64,000 nt of DNA from an uncultured Verrucomicrobiae bacterium (GCA_963706955.1 CAVPOC010000008.1:704001-768000); one strand, 5' to 3'. Shown: positions 1 to 11,693, numbered from the stretch's first letter. The notes: generated by a model not told the origin, from the letters alone. A program made the numbers and translations.

Positions 1-648
1 GCCTTAGTGGTGATTTTTCAGCCGGAGCTTCGCAGAGCGTTGACTGATCTCGGCAGCCATCCGTTCTTCACTTCCGCCTTCGAAAAGCGAGAGACGATTG
101 AAGAACTCACGGATACCGCGTTCGAAATCTCCAGCAAAGGTTTTGGCGCGCTGATCGCCGTCGAGCGTGAAATCGCCTTGAAGCCTTTTATCGAGACCGG
201 CGTGATGCTCGATGCCGTTTACTCAAAAGAGCTCGCGCTAACCATCTTCCATCCAAAAACCGTTCTGCACGATGGAGGACTGATCGTTCACAATGATCGT
301 ATGGTCGCCGCTGCCTGTATTTTCCCCCTCACCCAGCGTGAAGATCTCGATCGCAATCTCGGCCTGCGTCACAGGGCAGCCCTGGGCTTATCGGAGGAAT
401 CAGATGCCGTCGCCATCGTCGTTTCTGAGGAGACAGGCCAAGTTTCGATTTGCCACAATGGCATTCTTGAACGCAATCTGAGTGTCGACAAATTCCGGCG
501 GCGCCTGAGCCAGCTTCTTCTTCATCATGAGCCTCATCAAAGAGATACTGACGAACGACTGGAGACCGAAGGTCACCTGCCTGATTCTCGCCTGCGCCCT
601 GTGGTATCTCATCAGCAAGAACGTGGACAAAAATCCGCCGCAGTTTGA
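1..648 (+). CDS. cdaA: Diadenylate cyclase CdaA (DisA_N domain), 5'-truncated by window edge
   Basis: IFQPELRRAL, GALI, LHDGGLI, AACIFPL, LGLRHRAALG and IVVSEETG motifs of DAC domains; lies upstream of glmM. Confidence 0.92.
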   Translation, partial: ALVVIFQPELRRALTDLGSHPFFTSAFEKRETIEELTDTAFEISSKGFGALIAVEREIALKPFIETGVMLDAVYSKELALTIFHPKTVLHDGGLIVHNDRMVAAACIFPLTQREDLDRNLGLRHRAALGLSEESDAVAIVVSEETGQVSICHNGILERNLSVDKFRRRLSQLLLHHEPHQRDTDERLETEGHLPDSRLRPVVSHQQERGQKSAAV

Positions 649-691
649 GCAAGGAGCGCCTCCTTCGAGGCTCTCAAAACCAAAAACATGA
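527..691 (+). CDS. 54-aa CdaR/YbbR-like membrane anchor peptide (not in ORF track, <60 aa)
   Basis: My translation is MSLIKEILTNDWRPKVTCLILACALWYLISKNVDKNPPQFEQGAPPSRLSKPKT. It resembles the CdaR N-terminal pattern (NxxxKxxxLxxAxxLW), sits in the cdaR slot between cdaA and glmM, and its TGA overlaps the glmM ATG (ATGA). Confidence 0.7.
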   Translation: MSLIKEILTNDWRPKVTCLILACALWYLISKNVDKNPPQFEQGAPPSRLSKPKT

Positions 692-2070
692 GTTCCCAGA
701 GAAGGCTCTTCGGCACAGATGGTGTTCGGGGTATCGCCAATATCGAACCAGTCACCTCCGAAACCGCCTTGAAATTGGGGCGCGCTGCCGCGCATGTCTT
801 TGGAACCGCCGGCGGCAACTCGCACCACTCGGCAGACCGGCGTAAAATCGTCATCGGGAAAGACACCCGGCTCTCCGGCTATATGCTTGAGAACGCCATG
901 GTCGCCGGGATCACTTCACTCGGAGTGGACGTCCTCATCATTGGGCCCCTGCCGACTCCAGGAATTGCCTACATCACACGCTCGCTCCGCGCCGATGCGG
1001 GCATCGTCCTTTCCGCCTCTCACAATCCCTATGAGGATAATGGCATCAAGTTCTTCCGCCATGATGGCTACAAGCTCGATGACGATGTCGAGAAGCGCAT
1101 CGAAGACATCGTCTTCAGCGGTGAGATCGAGAACATTCGTCCAACGGCCACAAGGATCGGGAAGGCCTTCCGCATCGACGATGCCCTCGGCCGCTACGTC
1201 GAGTTTGCCAAGCAAAGCTTCCCACGTGGCTTTACTCTGGATGCCCTGCGCATCGCGGTGGACTGCGCAAATGGCGCCGCCTACAAATCCACTCCCTGCA
1301 TCTTGCGCGAGCTGGGCGCGGACCTTCAGGTCGTCAACAACGTTCCGAACGGGACGAATATCAACGCGAACTGCGGGAGCACTTATCCGGCGGAGATTCA
1401 AAGGGCCGTCAAGGAAACCCAGGCCGACATCGGTATCACCCATGATGGGGATGCCGACCGGGTGCTGCTTTGCGACGAGCGCGGTGAATTGGTCGATGGC
1501 GACGAAATCATGGCGATCGCCGCATTGGATCTCCTCAAAAAGGGTCGCCTGGCCGCGAATACCCTCGTCGCCACCGTCATGAGCAATTTCGGTCTCGATG
1601 AGACCCTCGCCTCAGCGTCGGGAAAGGTCCTCCGCACCAAGGTCGGCGACCGCTACGTCATCGAGACGATGTTGCGAGAAGGATTGAATGTGGGTGGTGA
1701 ACAAAGCGGCCACATGATCTTCCGGGACTATGCCACCACCGGTGACGGAATCGTCAGCGCCTTGCAAATCTTGCGCATCATGATCGAAACCGGCCGCCCA
1801 TTGAGCGAACTCAAGAAGGTCCTGAGAAAGTATCCTCAAGCGCAGCGAAACCTCAAGGTCCGCGAAAAACCTGCTCTCGAGACGCTCGGACCGGTGCAGC
1901 GGCTTCTCCGGGAAACTGAGCAAACTCTCGACGGCAAGGGACGCGTCCTCTTGCGCTATTCTGGAACTGAACCAAAAATCCGTCTCCTGGTGGAGGGACG
2001 CGACGAATCGCTCATCAACGGTCACGCCGACCGCATCGCGTCCGCGATTCAGGAATCGATCGGCGCCTGA
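688..2070 (+). CDS. glmM: Phosphoglucosamine mutase
   Basis: LFGTDGVRG, SASHNPYEDNGIK, DGDADR, GGEQSGH and RYSGTEP motifs. Confidence 0.97.
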   Translation: MSSQRRLFGTDGVRGIANIEPVTSETALKLGRAAAHVFGTAGGNSHHSADRRKIVIGKDTRLSGYMLENAMVAGITSLGVDVLIIGPLPTPGIAYITRSLRADAGIVLSASHNPYEDNGIKFFRHDGYKLDDDVEKRIEDIVFSGEIENIRPTATRIGKAFRIDDALGRYVEFAKQSFPRGFTLDALRIAVDCANGAAYKSTPCILRELGADLQVVNNVPNGTNINANCGSTYPAEIQRAVKETQADIGITHDGDADRVLLCDERGELVDGDEIMAIAALDLLKKGRLAANTLVATVMSNFGLDETLASASGKVLRTKVGDRYVIETMLREGLNVGGEQSGHMIFRDYATTGDGIVSALQILRIMIETGRPLSELKKVLRKYPQAQRNLKVREKPALETLGPVQRLLRETEQTLDGKGRVLLRYSGTEPKIRLLVEGRDESLINGHADRIASAIQESIGA

Positions 2071-2163
2071 CCGGAGCGCCGGCCGAATCAACAGGCGCTT
2101 GGCACCAGCGTCGCTACACAGTTTCCGAGTTTATCGTAGCGGGAACGTATAGCTTGATTCGCC

Positions 2164-4386
2164 TCAAAGCTCTGTCGCAGTCTGCTGAGCAGGCGGCACC
2201 AGCTTGAATGCCGAAACGGACAACGGCGGCAGATCGATAACTATGGAATATGGCCTATCTTGCCACTGCCAGTGTTCTGCGTAGCGTCCGCCCCAATTTC
2301 CGAGATTGCTGCCGCCGTAGGTCGCGGCATCGGTATTGAGAATTTCCTCGTAGAATCCTGGGGCGCTTACCCCGACGCGGTAGCCACCGCGAGGAATTGG
2401 CGTTGCATTGACGATAACGACGACCGTCTGCTCGCGCCCCTTGCGCATGAATGACCAGACGCTATTATCGGCGTCGTTGAAATCGATCCATTCGAACCCT
2501 TCGTAGCTAGCATCGAGTTCGTAAAAGGCTGGTTCGTTCGCATAAAGCCAGTTGAGATGCTGAACCAGGCGGCGCAGCCCGTCGTGCATCGGACTCAGCG
2601 TCAGATGCCAATCCAGACTCTGCGCGTGATTCCACTCTTTCCATTGGCCGAATTCTATGCCTTGGAAGATCAGTTTCTTTCCCGGGTGCGCCCACATCCA
2701 GGCGAGGAACATGCGGACATTGGCAAACTTCTGCCAGGCGTCGCCAGGCATCTTCTCGAGCAATGAACCCTTGCCATGGACAACCTCGTCATGACTAAGC
2801 ACCAGGACAAAGTGTTCCTGAAAAGCATAGACCATCGAAAAGGTGATCATGCCCTGATGATAGCGCCGATAGATCGGCTCTTTGCTAATGTATCGAAGAC
2901 TGTCGTTCATCCACCCCATGTTCCACTTGAAGCCAAACCCGAGCCCTCCCGTGTAGGTCGGCCGTGAAACTCCTGGCCACGACGTCGATTCCTCAGCGAT
3001 GGTGGAGATGCCGGGGAAGCGCTCATAGCAGACTTCGTTGCAGCGCTTCATGAAAGCGATCGCATCAAGATTCTCACGACCGCCAAATATATTAGGCACC
3101 CATTCTCCCGGTTTGCGTGAGTAATCGAGGTAGAGCATGGAGGCGACGGCATCCACACGAAGCCCGTCGATGTGGTATTCGTCCAACCAGAAGAGCGCAT
3201 TGCCGATGAGGAAGTTTTTCACCTCGTTGCGGCCGTAGTTGAAGATCAGGGTTCCCCAGTCCATATGTTCGCCAAGGCGGGGGTCCTCATGCTCATAGAG
3301 GCAGGTCCCATCGTATCGCGCCAAGCCGTGAGCATCCTTGGGAAAATGCCCGGGCACCCAGTCCAGAATTACGCCAATACCCTCCTGATGGCAGCGATCG
3401 ACGAAATTGCGGAACTCATCCGGATTTCCGTGCCGGCTGGTCGGGGCATAGAAGTTGACGACTTGATAGCCCCAGGAGCCATCAAAGGGATGTTCCATCA
3501 CGGGCAGCAACTCGATGTGCGTGAAGCCCAGTTCCTTTACATAAGGGATGAGACGATCACCAAGTTCGATGTAGCTGAGGTAGCGATTCCCTTCCTCCGG
3601 ATTTCGCTGCCATGAGCCGAGATGCACCTCATAGATGCTCATGGGCGAGTTGTATTGATCGTGGTGCTTCCGCCGCTCCATCCAGGTTGAGTCGTTCCAA
3701 TGGTAGCGATCGATGTCGAAGACCATGCAGCCGGTTTGCGTGCCATGCTGCGCAAACAATGCAAACGGGTCGGTCTTAAGCATGACGTCCCCATGCGGAC
3801 CACGAACCTCGATCTTGTAATGTGCCCCCTCCTTCACATGCGGAATGAAGATTTCCCAGATTCCGGAAGGAATCATCTTCCGCATCGCATGAACACGCCC
3901 ATCCCAATGGTTAAAGTCACCGACCACCGAGACTCGTTGGGCATTCGGCGCCCAGACGGCGAAATGGGTCCCAGAGACCCCGCCGATCTCCATCATGTGG
4001 GCGCCCAGCTTCTTGTAGATCTGGTAGTGGGTGCCCTCATTGAAGAGGTAAATGTCCATCTCTCCGAGCACGGGTCCAAAAGAGTAGGCATCCTTCTCGA
4101 TCCAGGTCTCGCCGAGATGGCTTTTCATCTCGAGCACGTAGTCGAAGGGTTGGTCGGCCCCACGCAAAACCCCTTCAAAGAGGCCCTCAGCATGAACCCT
4201 GTTCAGCGGAAAGCGACGGTCATCATCGGAGGCATCAACGACCGCCACCTCGGCGGCGTCCGGACGCAATACCCGAGCGAACTGGCTACCTTGAAATTCT
4301 CGGACCCCCAAAAGCTTGAATGGATCGAAATGCCTCGCTTCGATCAGGGGATAAAAGTCATCGTCGGAAAGCGCGGAGGGATTCAC
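2164..4386 (-). CDS. glgB: 1,4-alpha-glucan branching enzyme
   Basis: WAPNAQRVSVVGDFN, YEVHLGSW, EHPFDGSWGYQ, DGLRVDAVASM and LSHDEVVHGK motifs. Confidence 0.97.
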   Translation of the reverse strand: MNPSALSDDDFYPLIEARHFDPFKLLGVREFQGSQFARVLRPDAAEVAVVDASDDDRRFPLNRVHAEGLFEGVLRGADQPFDYVLEMKSHLGETWIEKDAYSFGPVLGEMDIYLFNEGTHYQIYKKLGAHMMEIGGVSGTHFAVWAPNAQRVSVVGDFNHWDGRVHAMRKMIPSGIWEIFIPHVKEGAHYKIEVRGPHGDVMLKTDPFALFAQHGTQTGCMVFDIDRYHWNDSTWMERRKHHDQYNSPMSIYEVHLGSWQRNPEEGNRYLSYIELGDRLIPYVKELGFTHIELLPVMEHPFDGSWGYQVVNFYAPTSRHGNPDEFRNFVDRCHQEGIGVILDWVPGHFPKDAHGLARYDGTCLYEHEDPRLGEHMDWGTLIFNYGRNEVKNFLIGNALFWLDEYHIDGLRVDAVASMLYLDYSRKPGEWVPNIFGGRENLDAIAFMKRCNEVCYERFPGISTIAEESTSWPGVSRPTYTGGLGFGFKWNMGWMNDSLRYISKEPIYRRYHQGMITFSMVYAFQEHFVLVLSHDEVVHGKGSLLEKMPGDAWQKFANVRMFLAWMWAHPGKKLIFQGIEFGQWKEWNHAQSLDWHLTLSPMHDGLRRLVQHLNWLYANEPAFYELDASYEGFEWIDFNDADNSVWSFMRKGREQTVVVIVNATPIPRGGYRVGVSAPGFYEEILNTDAATYGGSNLGNWGGRYAEHWQWQDRPYSIVIDLPPLSVSAFKLVPPAQQTATEL

Positions 4387-4467
4387 AAATCCAGTCTAGC
4401 GCCCAGGAGACCAAACTCCAAGACGAAAACGAAAATTCCTAGCCGACAGACGCCCCGATTGGGCGCG

Positions 4468-5598
4468 CTAGCGTTCGTCGATCGGGACAAACTTCTTTCC
4501 CACGGGCGGCCCGACGTAGGCGCTCAGCGGACGATAGAGCCGGTTGTCGGCGAGTTGTTCGAGCACGTGAGCAGTCCATCCGCTGGTTCTCGCGATGGCA
4601 AAGATCGGAGTAAACATGTCCGTGGGAATGCCAAGCGAATAATAGACGGTGGCCGAGTAGAAATCGACGTTGGCATTGAGACCCTTTTTCTGCTTCATGA
4701 TCTCGGCGATTCGTTCGCTCATCCGGATCCATTTAGGTTCACCAAGTTCATCACTCAGTTTCGCAGCCATGGAGCGCAGATGCGGAGCCCGAGGATCCAA
4801 GACTTTGTAAACGCGGTGACCAATGCCCATGATCTTCTTCTTCTGCGCAAGCTGTTCTTCGATCCACGCATCCACCTTGTTCTCGCTGCCGATCTCGAGC
4901 AACATATGGATGACACCCTCATTCGCGCCGCCGTGAAGGGGGCCCTTGAGCGTTCCGATTGCGGAAGTGATCGCCGAATAGATATCGCTGAGAGTGGCGA
5001 TGGTCACGCGGGCACTGAACGTCGAGGCATTCATGCCATGGTCGGCGTGCAACACGTAGGCCACATCAAGCGTTTTTTCCGCCTCCGGTGAGGGCTCGGT
5101 CCCATTCAGCAGGTAGAGAAAATGCGCCGCCTCGCCGAGGTCGTCCCGAACCTTGGGGAGCTCTAATCCCTGTCTCGCGCGGTGAAAGTAGGCGGCAATA
5201 ACTCCGATCTTGGCGGTGATGCTGATGGCACGGCGATGGTCCGCGTCCTGCCGAGAATCTTCATCGCTTAGGCCGCTATCATAGAGCCCAAGCATGGAAA
5301 CGGCCGTGCGCATCACGTCCATGGGGTTGGCGTCGTGAGGAGTCGACTTGATAAAATCCACGACGCCGCGGGGAAGCTCACGCTCATTCCTTAACTTTGC
5401 TTTCAGCTCGTCTAATTCGGCGCGGTTGGGCAGCGCACCATGCCAAAGCAGGTAAACGATCTCCTCGTAGGTGGCCTTGCCGGCGAGTTCGTTAATATCG
5501 TAGCCGGCATAAATGAGAACTCCCTCTTTCCCGAGCACATCGCTCAAACTGGTTGAATTGGCGATGATTCCTTCAAGTCCTTTGGCGATAACGGGCAT
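4468..5598 (-). CDS. Citrate synthase (short type I / 2-methylcitrate synthase family)
   Basis: KGLEGI, HADHGMNAST, GPLHGGANE, MGIGHRVYK, DPRA and NVDFYS motifs. Confidence 0.92.
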   Translation of the reverse strand: MPVIAKGLEGIIANSTSLSDVLGKEGVLIYAGYDINELAGKATYEEIVYLLWHGALPNRAELDELKAKLRNERELPRGVVDFIKSTPHDANPMDVMRTAVSMLGLYDSGLSDEDSRQDADHRRAISITAKIGVIAAYFHRARQGLELPKVRDDLGEAAHFLYLLNGTEPSPEAEKTLDVAYVLHADHGMNASTFSARVTIATLSDIYSAITSAIGTLKGPLHGGANEGVIHMLLEIGSENKVDAWIEEQLAQKKKIMGIGHRVYKVLDPRAPHLRSMAAKLSDELGEPKWIRMSERIAEIMKQKKGLNANVDFYSATVYYSLGIPTDMFTPIFAIARTSGWTAHVLEQLADNRLYRPLSAYVGPPVGKKFVPIDER

Positions 5599-5812
5599 AA
5601 GTTAAAACGGGTTGCCTGAGACTATGATGCCCCAATTGCCTTCGCCAATCAAAACCTGTCGTCGCCCGCGCAAAAAAAGGCGAAACCGAAACTGCTCGTC
5701 GAGACAAGGCGATACCTGCTCGCCTCGAGCTGATTCGTTTGCCGGAGAGAATACGAACGCCCGCCAAGAGTGAACCTGGCGGGCGATCCTTGCGGGGAGG
5801 GAAACTCGAACT

Positions 5813-6707
5813 CTATCCCAGTCGCGATATCAACGTATCCGCCATGTCGGCAGGAGTGGGAGCAACCGCAATACCGGCATCTTTCAGGGCAGCTATTTTC
5901 GCTGCGGCGGTGCCTTTGCCGCCGCTGACGATGGCGCCGGCATGACCCATGCGGCGTCCGGGGGGCGCGGTTGCGCCTGCAATGAAAGCGGCGATCGGTT
6001 TTTTGCAATTATCTTTTACCCACGCGGCCGCTTCCTCTTCGGCCGTCCCGCCGATCTCACCAATCATGATGATGGCTTCGGTATCCGGATCCTCGTTGAA
6101 CATCTTGAGAACATCCATGATGGGAAGTGCCGTTAACCGGATCGCCACCGATTCCGACGCAGGTGCTTTGCCCATAGCCGCGGGTGGTCAACTGCCAAAC
6201 GGCCTCGTAAGTCAACGTGCCCGAGCGCGAGACCACACCAACGTTGCCTTTCTTGTGGATGTAGCCCGGCGCAATCCCGATCCGACAGCCACCGTGAGAA
6301 TTCGGGCCCTCGCCGGGGGTGACAACTCCCGGACAGTTCGGTCCGATCAGACGCGTTTTCGAATCGCGCATGGCATCTTTCACCTTGACCATGTCATTGA
6401 CGGGAATCCCTTCGGTGATGCAAACAACCAAATCGAGACCTGCTTCCACGCCCTCGAGGATTGCGTCTGCGGCAAAAGGGGGCGGAACAAAAATAACCGA
6501 GACCGTTGCGCCCGTGTCCTTCACGGCCTGCCCAATGGTATCGAAAATCGGGACGTAATCCGCAAAAAGCTGGCCGCCTTTGCCCGGGGTGACACCGGCC
6601 ACGATATTGGTTCCGTAATCAAGGCTTAGCTGCGCGTGCCGGGCGCCAAAACTTCCGGTGATGCCCTGCACGACAATGCTGGTTTGGGGAGTGACAAGAA
6701 TAGCCAT
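5813..6707 (-). CDS. sucD: Succinyl-CoA synthetase alpha subunit (one apparent +1 frameshift near 6120)
   Basis: Joins ORFs 6057..6761 ([32 protein letters not shown]) and 5813..6175 (MIGEIGG, RMGHAGA). Confidence 0.93.
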
Positions 6708-6815
6708 AATCAGGAAGACAATTTGCGTTGGTGGATCGTGAACGAGTCGCCACCGGGCCACGCCTGGGCACGATCCACGCCCGGGACGCCAATGGACGTG
6801 TTCTCAGGGATCATC

Positions 6816-8006
6816 TCAGGCGTTCTTCTTGACGGCCGCGACAACTTTCTGCGCAGCATCAAGAATATTTTCGGCGGTGATCAGCGTGAGGCCGCTTTCG
6901 GCCAGCGTCTTTTTCCCGGCTTCGACGTTGTTGCCCTCCAGCCGAACGACCAGAGGAATGCCCAGGTGGGTCTCGCGCGCGGCGTCCACGATGCCATGGG
7001 CGATGACGTTACAATCCATGATGCCACCGAAAATATTCACCAGAATGCCTTCGACGTTCTTGTCGGTGAGGATAATTCGAAAGGCGGCGGCGACCTGTTC
7101 TTTGCTGGCTCCGCCCCCTACATCCAGGAAGTTAGCCGGTTTGCCGCCCGCATACTGAATGATGTCCATGGTGGCCATGGCCAGACCGGCGCCGTTCACC
7201 AGGCAGGCGATATTTCCATCTAGTCCAATGTAGTTAAGGCCGTGCTCGGAAGCCGCTACTTCACGCGGATCTTCCTCGGTCACGTCTCGCATCGCCACAA
7301 TCTCGGGCTGACGGAAGAGCGCGTTGTCGTCGAAATTGAACTTGGCGTCGAGCGCGAGCAACTCACCTTTGGCGGTCACCACCAGCGGATTGATTTCCAC
7401 CATCGAACAATCCCTCTGGATGAAAAGCTTGTAGAGATTGGCAAAGAGCTTCGAGGCCTGGTTCATCAATTTGCCCGTCAAGCCCAGTGCCGCCGCGATC
7501 TTGCGCGTCTGGTAAGGCATTAGCCCCAGCGCCGGATTCACGTTTATGCGGATAATTTTTTCCGGGGTCTTCTCCGCAACCGATTCGATGTCCACTCCGC
7601 CTTCGGTGCTGGCGATGACGATGGGCGCCGAGGTGGCCCGATCAAGGAGGATGGCAATGTATAGCTCTTTGGCGATGTCGACGGCTTCGCCGACAAAAAC
7701 CTTCCCGACTTCTCTGCCTTCCGGCCCTGTCTGATGGGTAACCAGGACCTTCCCAAGCATCTTTGCGGCGAGGTCGTGCGCCTGCAAGGGGGTATCGCAG
7801 AGGTGCACGCCCCCTTTAAAACCAGTCGTGAAGGTTCCCTTGCCACGTCCTCCTGCATGAATCTGGGCTTTCACCACCAGCTTGCCCCCGCCCAAGCTTG
7901 AAGCGACTCGTTCCGCCTCCTCGGGCGTGGATGCGACGCCTCCAGGCTGAGTGGCGACCGCAAACTTACCGAAAAGCTCCCTGGCTTGGTATTCGTGAAT
8001 GTTCAT
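6816..8006 (-). CDS. sucC: Succinyl-CoA synthetase beta subunit
   Basis: [35 protein letters not shown] and NFLDVGGG motifs. Confidence 0.97.
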   Translation of the reverse strand: MNIHEYQARELFGKFAVATQPGGVASTPEEAERVASSLGGGKLVVKAQIHAGGRGKGTFTTGFKGGVHLCDTPLQAHDLAAKMLGKVLVTHQTGPEGREVGKVFVGEAVDIAKELYIAILLDRATSAPIVIASTEGGVDIESVAEKTPEKIIRINVNPALGLMPYQTRKIAAALGLTGKLMNQASKLFANLYKLFIQRDCSMVEINPLVVTAKGELLALDAKFNFDDNALFRQPEIVAMRDVTEEDPREVAASEHGLNYIGLDGNIACLVNGAGLAMATMDIIQYAGGKPANFLDVGGGASKEQVAAAFRIILTDKNVEGILVNIFGGIMDCNVIAHGIVDAARETHLGIPLVVRLEGNNVEAGKKTLAESGLTLITAENILDAAQKVVAAVKKNA

Positions 8007-8039
8007 CGGGAAAAAGAGAGGTGGATGGTTATTAGCGGC

Positions 8040-11007
8040 TTAGGGTTGACTTGCCAACGGAATATTGTTTTTTTTGCACCATTCAATGGCCGTGCGATTG
8101 CCGCCCTGAGCAGCGCGGATATACCAGGTGCGAGCCGCTTTCCGATCCTTTTCCACTCCTACGCCCCCTTCGAAACACATCGCGTAGAAAAACATACATA
8201 AGGGGTTCCCCTTCTCTGCCCCATCCTGAAAAAGCGCGAATGCCTTGCTCTCATCTTTGGAAACTCCCTGGCCGTAAATGTAGAGCACACCAAGATTGCC
8301 TTGCGCATCGAGAAAACCGAGTTCTTGTGACCGGGAGAACAGCTTTACGGATTCGCTAAAATTCGGTTCGATTACGCCCGGCACACCCTTTCGATACACA
8401 TCGCCCAATAGATTCATCGCTCTGGGATTATTCAGAGCGGAAGCGGCCGTCAAAAGTTCAACCGCGCGCCGCGGGTCTTTTGGAACGCCTTTTCCAAACA
8501 GATGGCATTCGGCAAGGGCATACATACCTGCCGAATCTCCCTGCTCGGCAGCTTTGGAAAACCACATCGCGGCCTCGGTCAAGTCCGGAGCATGAACGCC
8601 GCGCCCGCTGGCCAGCATCTGACCAACGGTGACCATCGCTTCGGTCTGGCCATGATTTCCCGCCGCGATAAACCACTTGAGCGCATCGCCCGAATCGCTT
8701 TGCCGAAGCATTTCTCCCAGCAACATCTGCGCTGAGACGACATCCAGGACGGCAGCCTTCTCCAATGGCTCGCGCAAAGTGGCCCACTCCGAGGAGGATA
8801 GTTTCGAGGCTCGTGTGCGCAGACTTGCCGCTATCATCTCCAAGGTGTTCCGAGGCTGTTCCTCGTTGGGAAAGTTCGTGACGATATCCGTGTAGGCTGC
8901 GATGGCGCCGGCAAGGTCATCCTTGAGCCGCAACTCTTCGGCAACAGCCATAGCCTGCTCGTATGGCGAGGGCGTAGGCGCGAGCGAGGGTGTCGGAACC
9001 GGGGTGGCAACAGGGCTCGGCATTGGGGTGCTAGCCAGGAGCGGAGTAGAAGTTGCCACCGGCTCTGGCGTCGGACTGACTGCCTCAATTCGAGGCGCCT
9101 GCGCGATGCGCAATCGCTGCGCAAAGCGAAGTCCCTGCCATAAAACGATGCCACCGATGACCAAAAGAATGGCCACCACGGTCCACAGCCATCCCCATGA
9201 CATTGCCCGTGGCTTCTCGACAGGCAGCGGCGATGGTTTTGGGTCCGACGCGCGCGGGGCAGGCTGCATCGGAGTAACGACCTCCTCCGGCATACTCTCG
9301 ACAAAGGCTCGCGCACTCTCATAGTGATGGCCCGGTGTGAGAGCGCGCCTCAGAACCGCATTGCCCTGCTCAGAGAGGCCAGGTATGGGCACATATCTCG
9401 CGGAAGCTCCCTCCGCTTTGACTCCGCCAAGCATTTCATAGGCAAGCGCCGCCACAGCGTAGACATACGCCCTGGCGGGATCACTGGCGAACGCCCCCTT
9501 CGCGCGCATCAGCGCGAACGACGAGGCCACCATGGTCGCATCGGGAGATGCGGAACTCGATCCGGCCGTCGCCAGCGGCAGAAATTTCGGCTGGCACAAT
9601 CGCCATTGCGAAACGGGCTGCGCGACATCGGCACCCGGAAGAAAAACTTCATGCGCGCCGATGTCAGGACACATCAGATCGGCTGTCTTCAGCTCGTCGA
9701 ACGCATCGGCCAAGGGCAAGAGCAACAGTCGGGCCTCACTTCCGGAAAGCGCGCGTCGACTTCGAAGCAAATCGAGGAGCACCGGACCCTCCACCCATTC
9801 CAGCACCAGAAAGGTGCAGCTGCTCGTCGTTTCCAGTAGAAGAATTCGCTGGAACGCTGGGCTGTCCAAGCGCTGCAAACTGTGCACCTCCTGCTCGAGG
9901 CGCGTGAAGGTTTCCGACTTCCCGATGAGGCTGGATTCAACGATGAGAATCGCGACGGTTGTTCCATCCTCCAGACGCTCGGCCCGGAACATCCGTCCGT
10001 GATCTGATGCGGTCACCTCATCACCAAGACGATATCTGCCGGCGAGCACTGTGCCCGATGCCGTGCTCTCTTGAGGCGACTGAGAGGGCAAAGAGGACGG
10101 TGCAATCGCTGGCGAAGACTGCCGGCGGCTCTCGATCCTCAACTTCCTCAATGATCTTCTCGATCTCCTGTCGCAGCTGGGCCGGAGTTTGCAGACGATC
10201 ATCCGGATTCTTGGCCATCATCCGTCGAAGAAGATTGATAACCGAAGGTGATTGGTCGTGAAGATCGTCAAACGGAGGTTCGCGATGCAGGTGTTGACTC
10301 ATCACCTGGGCAGTCGATCCGCTGAAAGGCGTGTCGCCTTGCAACATGTACCAGAGAGTCACACCCAATGAATAGATGTCGGCCCGCACATCAGTCTCCC
10401 GTTCCTCGAGCTGCTCAGGGCTAGCAAAATGTGGGGTGCCAAGGAAGCCGCCGGCCGTGAGGGTGGCCGGATCCTCGTTTTCGGCGCGCGAGTTCTTCGC
10501 CAGGCCGAAATCAATTACTTTCACGGTGAAATCACCGCCATCCTCGCGAACGAACATGATATTCGACGGCTTGATGTCGCGATGGACCAAGCCTTGCTTC
10601 TGCGCTGCACTCAGGGCACGAGCCACCTGCGCAGCAATCCTCAGCGCCATCAAGAGGGGAACGGCGCCTTCGCGTTTGATGTAGGCCTCGACGGTCTCTC
10701 CATCGACGAATTCCATCGCATAGAAATAGTCATCGCCCTCTCTTCCGAGATGGAAAACGGTCGCGACATTTGGATGGCGGAGCGCCGCAGCAGCGCGCGC
10801 CTCGCGCAAAAACCGCTGCTGGGCAGTTTCGCTGTTCAGATAGGCTGAATTGATGACCTTGAGGGCCACGTGGCAGCGCAGATTCGTATCGAATGCCTTG
10901 TAGGTGATGCCCATGGCGCCTCGCCCCAGTTCGTGCAAGGAACCGTCCTCGCGACGCGAAAGTTCAAAATGCTGAAACCGAACCATCTCCGCCATGTCGC
11001 GCCTCAT
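8040..11007 (-). CDS. Ser/Thr protein kinase + degenerate second kinase domain + TM + Sel1 repeats (frameshift near 10120)
   Basis: 10021..11007 has LGRGAMG, VALK, HRDIKPSN, DFG and ASPEQ. 8040..10202 has RYRLG/LVLEWVEG kinase-like lobe, a hydrophobic segment (WLWTVVAILLVIGGIVLW), a Pro-rich linker and SLR repeats (AQGNLGVLYIYGQGV..KA). Confidence 0.85.
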
Positions 11008-11072
11008 CTAAGTGACCGTTGTGAAAATGACAACTCTCGGCCCTCTCCCCTTCAAGTGGAAAAAAGCGACGC

Positions 11073-11693
11073 TCACCGCCTTACGAGCAAGCGTAGGAGC
11101 TCTCTTCCTTCGCGGCCCGGGTAGGTCGGCAAGCCGTTTCGTTCGCTGACGAGCTCGAAAGTTGGCGAGAATAAGGCATCCAGCTCATCCACCTGGCAAC
11201 CATAGGGCGGGCCTTCCTCGTTATGATCTGGATTGAGAAAGAAGATCGCCAGGAAGCCACCGCCTGGTTCGAGCAGCGCCGCGACGCGCGCAGCATATTC
11301 TCCACGGCGATCGAGTTGGATCGCGCAAAAACAAGTGTGCTCAAAAACCCAATCGAACTTCCCGCGCACTGCGCCCGGGTCGAAGAGGTCGGCGAGAATG
11401 TACGATTCGTGGCCGCAGCGAGGAAACGCTCGCGCCGCTGCGATAGCAAAGGGTGCAATGTCGATCCCAAGCACCTCGGCGCCCGCGGCGGCCAGCGCTC
11501 GGACGTCGTGGCCGAAGCCGCAGCCTGGCACTAGCACACGTCCCCTTAAAGGATTCTCGTTGATCCATTCGATCAGCGCCGGATGAGGCGCTCCCTTTTC
11601 CCAGGGAGTTTCGCCCTGTCGGTAGAACTGGTCCCAATCAACGTCTGACCCAGCGGCCACCGAGCGCGACTCCATATTGAAATTTTCGCTCAT
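11073..11693 (-). CDS. Thiopurine S-methyltransferase (TPMT)-family SAM methyltransferase
   Basis: WDQFY..GETPW, RVLVPGCGFGHD, FDWVFEHTCFCAI and GPPY motifs; exact start uncertain. Confidence 0.85.
   Translation of the reverse strand: MSENFNMESRSVAAGSDVDWDQFYRQGETPWEKGAPHPALIEWINENPLRGRVLVPGCGFGHDVRALAAAGAEVLGIDIAPFAIAAARAFPRCGHESYILADLFDPGAVRGKFDWVFEHTCFCAIQLDRRGEYAARVAALLEPGGGFLAIFFLNPDHNEEGPPYGCQVDELDALFSPTFELVSERNGLPTYPGREGRELLRLLVRR

Noticed and set aside
3700..5091. 463-aa plus-strand ORF
   Set aside because: Antisense shadow of glgB and citrate synthase with no recognisable motifs; common in GC-rich DNA.
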